From assembly GCA_963793865.1 (NCBI GenBank), contig CAWCBP010000008.1, forward strand, positions 320,001 to 384,000: DNA of 64,000 bases, read 5' to 3'. Each line of letters starts with the position of its first letter. Position 1 is the stretch's first letter. The notes beneath the pieces were generated by a model. It ran no database searches, was not told the origin of the DNA, and saw only the letters and a program-made list of their open reading frames with translations. A program made the translations under genes and the position numbers. Source of the DNA: an uncultured delta proteobacterium (lineage in GTDB: Bacteria; Desulfobacterota; WTBG01). Positions 59,125 through 64,000 of this stretch are shown here, piece after piece.

Positions 59125-59943
59125 ATGAACCGCCCTAAGATCACCGCCTCCACACAACTCTGCGCCATCATCGGCAACCCCATAGGACATTCCCTCTCTC
59201 CGCTGGTGCACAATGCCGCTTTCCGGCACCTCGGGCTGGATTATGTTTTCGTGGCATTCCGGGTGGAGCGGCTGCAGGAGGCGGTCCGGGGCATCGCGGC
59301 GCTCGGTTTGAAAGGGATCAGCGTCACCATACCTCACAAGGTGGAGGTGATGGCCTGCCTGGATGAGATAGAACCGGTGGCCCGGCGGATAGGGGCGGTG
59401 AACACCATTGTCAACAGGGATGGAAAGCTCATCGGCTATAATACCGATTGGAACGGCGCCATGAGGGCACTGCAGAATAAAATTGAGCTTCAGGGAAAAA
59501 CTGCCGTGGTTCTGGGGGCGGGAGGTGCGGCGCGGGCGATCGCCTTTGGCCTTAAAGAAAAGGGCGCTGACCCGGTTATTCTCAACCGGACGGTTTCCAA
59601 AGCCGAAGCGCTGGCTTCAGGGCTCACATGCCGTTTCGGCGGCCTTGAGCTCATCGACAAGCTGTCTTTTGACCTGGTAATTAACGCCACCTCAGTGGGG
59701 ATGTCCCCCGACGCGGACCGCACGCCCCTGAACAGGACGGTGCTCAAGAATGTGCTTGTCTTTGACACGGTGTACAATCCCTTAAAGACCCGCCTGATCA
59801 GGGAGGCTGAAGAAAACGGCTGCGCCACGGTAACGGGGCTGGAGATGTTTGTGAACCAGGCGGCCCTGCAGTTCGAGCTGTGGACCGGGCAGACGGCCCC
59901 GCTGGATATCATGAAACAGGTTACCGCCCGGGAGCTGGCATGA
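59125..59943 (+). CDS. aroE: Shikimate dehydrogenase
   Basis: GNPIGHSLSP, SVTIPHK, GAVNT, GYNTD and GAGGAA. Confidence 0.95.
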   Translation: MNRPKITASTQLCAIIGNPIGHSLSPLVHNAAFRHLGLDYVFVAFRVERLQEAVRGIAALGLKGISVTIPHKVEVMACLDEIEPVARRIGAVNTIVNRDGKLIGYNTDWNGAMRALQNKIELQGKTAVVLGAGGAARAIAFGLKEKGADPVILNRTVSKAEALASGLTCRFGGLELIDKLSFDLVINATSVGMSPDADRTPLNRTVLKNVLVFDTVYNPLKTRLIREAEENGCATVTGLEMFVNQAALQFELWTGQTAPLDIMKQVTARELA

Positions 59944-61208
59944 ATATTGTGGTTGAGCCTTCCCGCCTGCAGGGCAGCATAGACATACCCTCATCCAAGT
60001 CCCACACCATCAGGGCCGTGGTTATCGCCTCGCTTGCCGAAGGAACATCGCGCATAGGAAACCCGCTGGATTCCGGGGATACCCGTTCGGCGGTTCAGGG
60101 CTGCAGGGCCCTGGGCGCCGGGATTGAAACAGGCGATGAATGGGTGGTGAAGGGGGTTGGGGGACGTCCCCGGCTCACAGTGCCCCGGATAGACCTGGGG
60201 AACTCCGGCACCTCGCTCCGTCTTCTGACCAGCACGGCGGCCCTCCAGGACCGAGAGGCCATTTTTGACGGGGACGCATCGCTGCGAACCCGGCCGCTGC
60301 AGCCGCTGCTGGAAGCGATAAACGCGCTCGGCGGCAGCGCCTGCTCCCTCAACGGCAACGGCTTCTGCCCGGTCAGCGTGAGGGGAATAATGCGGGGCGG
60401 GAGGACCGCGGTGAGCGGCGTGACCTCACAGTTTCTCTCCAGCCTTTTGATCAGCGCGCCCCTCCTGGAAGGGGATACCGAAATTACAGTTGCCGCGCTC
60501 AACGAGAAACCCTACGTGGAGATGACCCTGACCTGGCTGAAGGAACAGGGCATCCGCTATGAGCGGTCCGGCTGGGAATCCTTTTTTATCAGCGGAGGGC
60601 AGCGGTACCGCCCTTTTGACAAGCCGGTGCCGGGTGACTTTTCCTCCGCTGCCTTTCCGCTCTGCGCGGCGGCCATTACCTCCTCCCGCGTCCTGCTCAA
60701 GGGGCTGAGCATGAGCGACACCCAGGGTGACAAGGAAGTGTTCAGCATGCTCTCATCCATGGGGGCATCTGTCCAGGCGACAGCGGAAGGCGTTCTGGTC
60801 TCCCCGGGAGAGCTGACCGGGACCGAGCTTGACTTAAACAGCACGCCGGACGCGCTTCCCGCCCTGGCAGTGGTGGGGTGCTGCGCAAAGGGAACGACGG
60901 TGCTCAGGAATGTGCCCCAGGCGCGCATTAAAGAGACGGACCGTATCAGGGTGATGGCGACCGAGCTTTCTAAAATGGGGGCCTCCATCGAGGAGATGGA
61001 TGACGGGCTGATTATCCGGGAGAGCAGGCTTACCGGAACCAGGGTACGGGGCTATCATGACCACCGGGTGGTCATGGCGCTTTCCCTCGCCGGCATGGTG
61101 GCCGGGGGTGAGACCGAGATTGACACGGCGGAGTCGATCGAGGTTACCTTTCCCGGGTACGTCCAAAAAATGCAGGCGCTGGGAGCCCGGATACGGGTGG
61201 TGACGTAA
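59940..61208 (+). CDS. aroA: EPSP synthase
   Basis: PSSKS, GNSGTSLR, SQFLSSLL, KETDR and DHRVVM. ATGA overlap with aroE. Confidence 0.95.
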   Translation: MNIVVEPSRLQGSIDIPSSKSHTIRAVVIASLAEGTSRIGNPLDSGDTRSAVQGCRALGAGIETGDEWVVKGVGGRPRLTVPRIDLGNSGTSLRLLTSTAALQDREAIFDGDASLRTRPLQPLLEAINALGGSACSLNGNGFCPVSVRGIMRGGRTAVSGVTSQFLSSLLISAPLLEGDTEITVAALNEKPYVEMTLTWLKEQGIRYERSGWESFFISGGQRYRPFDKPVPGDFSSAAFPLCAAAITSSRVLLKGLSMSDTQGDKEVFSMLSSMGASVQATAEGVLVSPGELTGTELDLNSTPDALPALAVVGCCAKGTTVLRNVPQARIKETDRIRVMATELSKMGASIEEMDDGLIIRESRLTGTRVRGYHDHRVVMALSLAGMVAGGETEIDTAESIEVTFPGYVQKMQALGARIRVVT

Positions 61209-61256
61209 GCGGAAGAGATGGCTGGAGCGCGTCCCTCCCTGTGATTCTTATTTACA

Positions 61257-61286
61257 TGTAGGGGCGACCGGCCGGTCGCCCCTACA
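61257..61286. repeat. Perfect 30-bp GTAG-type palindrome
   Basis: TGTAGGGGCGACCGG|CCGGTCGCCCCTACA. Confidence 0.8.
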
Positions 61287-61355
61287 GAGACCTCATTTTC
61301 GTGTTAAACAATCGAGTTCCTCGGGAATAGCACGCAATCGAGAAACCGGTGCGGT

Positions 61356-61787
61356 ATGGGAAAGAAGGATTTTTATCAAAAGCTGCGCATACGGTTGAAA
61401 GAGTGGGCAGCAGGAGCGGGTAAAGACAGTACGGCACTCAAGTATGTGCTGCTCGCGCCTGACTTTTTTCATTTGCTCTGCAAAATTCTTCTTGATCCGC
61501 GGGTTCCCGGCAAGGAGAAGGCCAAGGTGGGAGGCGCCATTGCCTACTTTATGTCACCCCTTGACGTGGTGCCTGAGGGGCTGCTCGGCCCTGCCGGTTA
61601 TGTTGACGATGTCGCTCTTGCCGCATATGTCCTCAACAGCGTATTGGAAAGCGCCGGTCCCGAAGTGCTCCGGGAGCATTGGGCGGGCGACGGAGATGTG
61701 CTTGAGCAGATCAGGAGTGTCATCAAGGCGGCTGACAAGCTGCTCGGGTCAGGCGCCTGGAGTAAGATAAAACGCTTGATCAAGTGA
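61356..61787 (+). CDS. DUF1232/YkvA family protein
   Basis: AYFMSPLDVVPE...GYVDD. Confidence 0.85.
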   Translation: MGKKDFYQKLRIRLKEWAAGAGKDSTALKYVLLAPDFFHLLCKILLDPRVPGKEKAKVGGAIAYFMSPLDVVPEGLLGPAGYVDDVALAAYVLNSVLESAGPEVLREHWAGDGDVLEQIRSVIKAADKLLGSGAWSKIKRLIK

Positions 61788-61793
61788 GAACGG

Positions 61794-62717
61794 GTGAGCA
61801 TGCGCGGGTTCACATCTTTATTGATACTTTCAGCTGTTTTTCTCCTTCCCCTTTCCTGCGTTCATTTCAGGGAACCCGTTCATCTCGATGTCTATCGGGG
61901 GGAGCCAATTCCCTTTGAGGAAATGATCGGTTCCCTGGCGCAGGCCCGGCTGATTTACATCGGCGAGATACATACCCTGGAGCGGCACCACCGCTTTCAG
62001 CTGCTGGTCATACAGGCGCTGAGCCAAAGGAACATCCCGCTGGCCGTCGGCCTGGAGATGCTTCCCTTCACCGTGCAATCCCACCTTGACGCCTGGACTG
62101 AAGGCCGTTTGGGCGAGAAGGAATTCCTACAGCTCATCGACTGGAAAACCAACTGGGGCACCGACTTTGGCCTTTACCGGCCCATCTTTGAGTATGCCCG
62201 GAGGAATAAAATTCCCCTCAGGGCGCTCAACGCGCCGCGCGACGCGGTAAAGGAAGTGGCGCGAAAGGGACTTTCGGGTTTGAGCGAAGAGACGCGCCGG
62301 ATGCTTCCGCCCGTAACCGTCTCTTCGGAGGAGCATCGCCGCCTTCTGGCCCTGTTTATCGGCAGGCATAAAACCCTGCGCGCAGATATGCAGGATGCCG
62401 CCTATGAAGCCCAGGATGTGTGGGATTCCACCATGGCTCACGGCGTGGTGCAGTACCTGAACAGTAAAGAAGGAGCGGGGAAAACCATGGTTGTGCTTGC
62501 CGGAACGGGACACCTGGCATACGGCTTCGGAATACCGGAACGTGTGGCGCGATCATGCAATCTTCCCTGCCGGATCATCATTCCCTCCGACAGCGGTGAC
62601 CTTGAATATGAAAAGGAATGGGAGCGCTATGTTGAACCGGCTGACCTGACCCATGAAGATTTTCTTTTCCTTGACCGGCCCATAGCAAATTTCATTTTTT
62701 TAGTGCCCCTGCGTTAA
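61794..62717 (+). CDS. ChaN-like (DUF399) lipoprotein
   Basis: Lipobox PLSC, YIGEIH, VGLEM, AQ..WD.TMA and GTGH..YG.GIP. Confidence 0.8.
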   Translation: MSMRGFTSLLILSAVFLLPLSCVHFREPVHLDVYRGEPIPFEEMIGSLAQARLIYIGEIHTLERHHRFQLLVIQALSQRNIPLAVGLEMLPFTVQSHLDAWTEGRLGEKEFLQLIDWKTNWGTDFGLYRPIFEYARRNKIPLRALNAPRDAVKEVARKGLSGLSEETRRMLPPVTVSSEEHRRLLALFIGRHKTLRADMQDAAYEAQDVWDSTMAHGVVQYLNSKEGAGKTMVVLAGTGHLAYGFGIPERVARSCNLPCRIIIPSDSGDLEYEKEWERYVEPADLTHEDFLFLDRPIANFIFLVPLR

Positions 62718-62782
62718 AGGCGGCATACGGTTTTCTTTATCACCATTCTCCGGACGATTGTTTCTCCCCCCGACTACTGCCC

Positions 62783-63949
62783 ATGGACTTCTTGCACGAC
62801 CGGCTTGAGGATTTGAAGAGGATGGGCCTGTACCGCTCGCTCAGGGAGGTGGAGGGCCCCCCGGGGGCAACCATCGTCATTGACGGCAGGAAGCTGCTGC
62901 AATTTTCCTCGAACAACTATCTGGGACTGGCGAATCATCCCCGCTTGAAGGCTGCCGCGATGGCTGCCGTGGAGCGATACGGTGTCGGGTCGGGGGCATC
63001 GCGCCTGGTCTGCGGGAACCTGGACCTGAACCGGAAGCTTGAGGAAAAGGTCGCGCAGCTGAAAAAGAAAGAGGCGGCGCTGCTGTACAGCACCGGCTAC
63101 ATGGCCAATCTGGGCGTCATAGCAGCCCTTGCCGGTGAAGGCGATCTTATCCTGAGTGACGAGTTTAATCACGCCAGCATTGTCGATGCCTGCCGCTTGA
63201 GCAGGGCGCAGACCAGGGTATACCCGCACAAGCGCATGGATGAGCTGGAGAAGCTGCTTGCCGGCGCGGGGAGCAGCAAAAGGCGGCTCATTGTTACCGA
63301 CGGGATATTCAGCATGGACGGTGACATAGCGCCGCTTCCCGATCTGGTGGAGCTGGCCGAAAAATATGAGTGCCTGCTGATGGTCGATGATGCTCATGCC
63401 ACCGGGGTGCTGGGGCCTGACGGGGGCGGCACGGGGGACCATTTCGGCCTGGCGGAAAAAATTGATGTCGCCATGGGTACCTTTGGAAAAGCGCTGGGCG
63501 GCTTCGGGGCTTTTGTGGCCGGAGACAGAAACTTGAGGGAGTTGCTCATTAACTGCTCACGTCCCTTCATGTTCACCACCGGGCTTCCTCCGTCAGTGCT
63601 TGCGACCGGCATTGCCGCCCTAGAGCTGGTGGAGGAAGAGCCGGAGCTTCGGGCTCGCCTGAGGGACAACGCAAACTTTCTCAGAAACGGGATTGAAGAG
63701 CTGGGCTTCAAGGTGGCCGGCAGTGAAACCCAGATTATTCCCCTTCCGGTGGGAGATGCCTCCCCGGCCATGGAAATGAGTTCCCTCCTTCTGGAAGAGG
63801 GCTTGTTCATCCAGGGAATCAGGCCTCCTTCCGTCCCGCCGGGCACTTCCCGGCTGCGCATAACCGTCACGGCGGTCCATACCCGGGGTGAGCTGGCCTT
63901 TGCGCTGGAGGCGCTTCAGAAGGTGGGGAGACGGGTGGGGATTATTTGA
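62783..63949 (+). CDS. bioF: 8-amino-7-oxononanoate synthase
   Basis: SNNYLGL, NHASIVD, FSMDGD, VDDAHA, GTFGKA and IRPPSVP. Confidence 0.92.
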   Translation: MDFLHDRLEDLKRMGLYRSLREVEGPPGATIVIDGRKLLQFSSNNYLGLANHPRLKAAAMAAVERYGVGSGASRLVCGNLDLNRKLEEKVAQLKKKEAALLYSTGYMANLGVIAALAGEGDLILSDEFNHASIVDACRLSRAQTRVYPHKRMDELEKLLAGAGSSKRRLIVTDGIFSMDGDIAPLPDLVELAEKYECLLMVDDAHATGVLGPDGGGTGDHFGLAEKIDVAMGTFGKALGGFGAFVAGDRNLRELLINCSRPFMFTTGLPPSVLATGIAALELVEEEPELRARLRDNANFLRNGIEELGFKVAGSETQIIPLPVGDASPAMEMSSLLLEEGLFIQGIRPPSVPPGTSRLRITVTAVHTRGELAFALEALQKVGRRVGII

Positions 63950-64000
63950 GAAGTGATGGGGGATGTGCGATGGAGGAGGCAGGAGGCAAGATGCGCGACG

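Noticed and set aside
1..64000. tRNA, rRNA, integrase or transposase genes
   Set aside because: None recognised by eye. A tRNAscan/Infernal run would be needed to exclude them formally.

Overview
The window reads like a Desulfobacterota/deltaproteobacterium-type chromosome, inferred from gene content and intergenic repeats, not proven. It has three parts. (1) ~0.2-43 kb: an island of exported, Cys-rich modular proteins. Seven carry cohesin-like domains (two sequence classes) and six carry dockerin-like EF-hand pairs (five share a Cys-braced 'DGxDAxxFKxxFGR' type). Putative cargo includes a beta-helix protein, PQQ-type propellers, a GEVED + TxCP-repeat protein and a tetraheme cytochrome/ferrochelatase-like fusion. 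Putative maturation genes are interleaved: three TMTC-like GT-C glycosyltransferases, a DsbA-like oxidoreductase, two paralogous large membrane proteins and two DUF1573-like proteins with an in-frame UGA in a UGC motif. The island looks like a non-cellulosomal cohesin-dockerin surface assembly with its own glycosylation and redox-folding machinery. (2) 43-57.5 kb: an AlkP-superfamily/sulfotransferase operon and a convergent operon of two radical SAM enzymes, a double methyltransferase and exporters. (3) 57.6-64 kb: aroK, a third probable selenoprotein (C-GCAxxG-C-C family), aroE, aroA, DUF1232, ChaN-like and bioF. Several island genes are broken by 1-bp frameshifts, most likely sequencing errors. 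All domain calls come from motif recognition by eye, not database searches.
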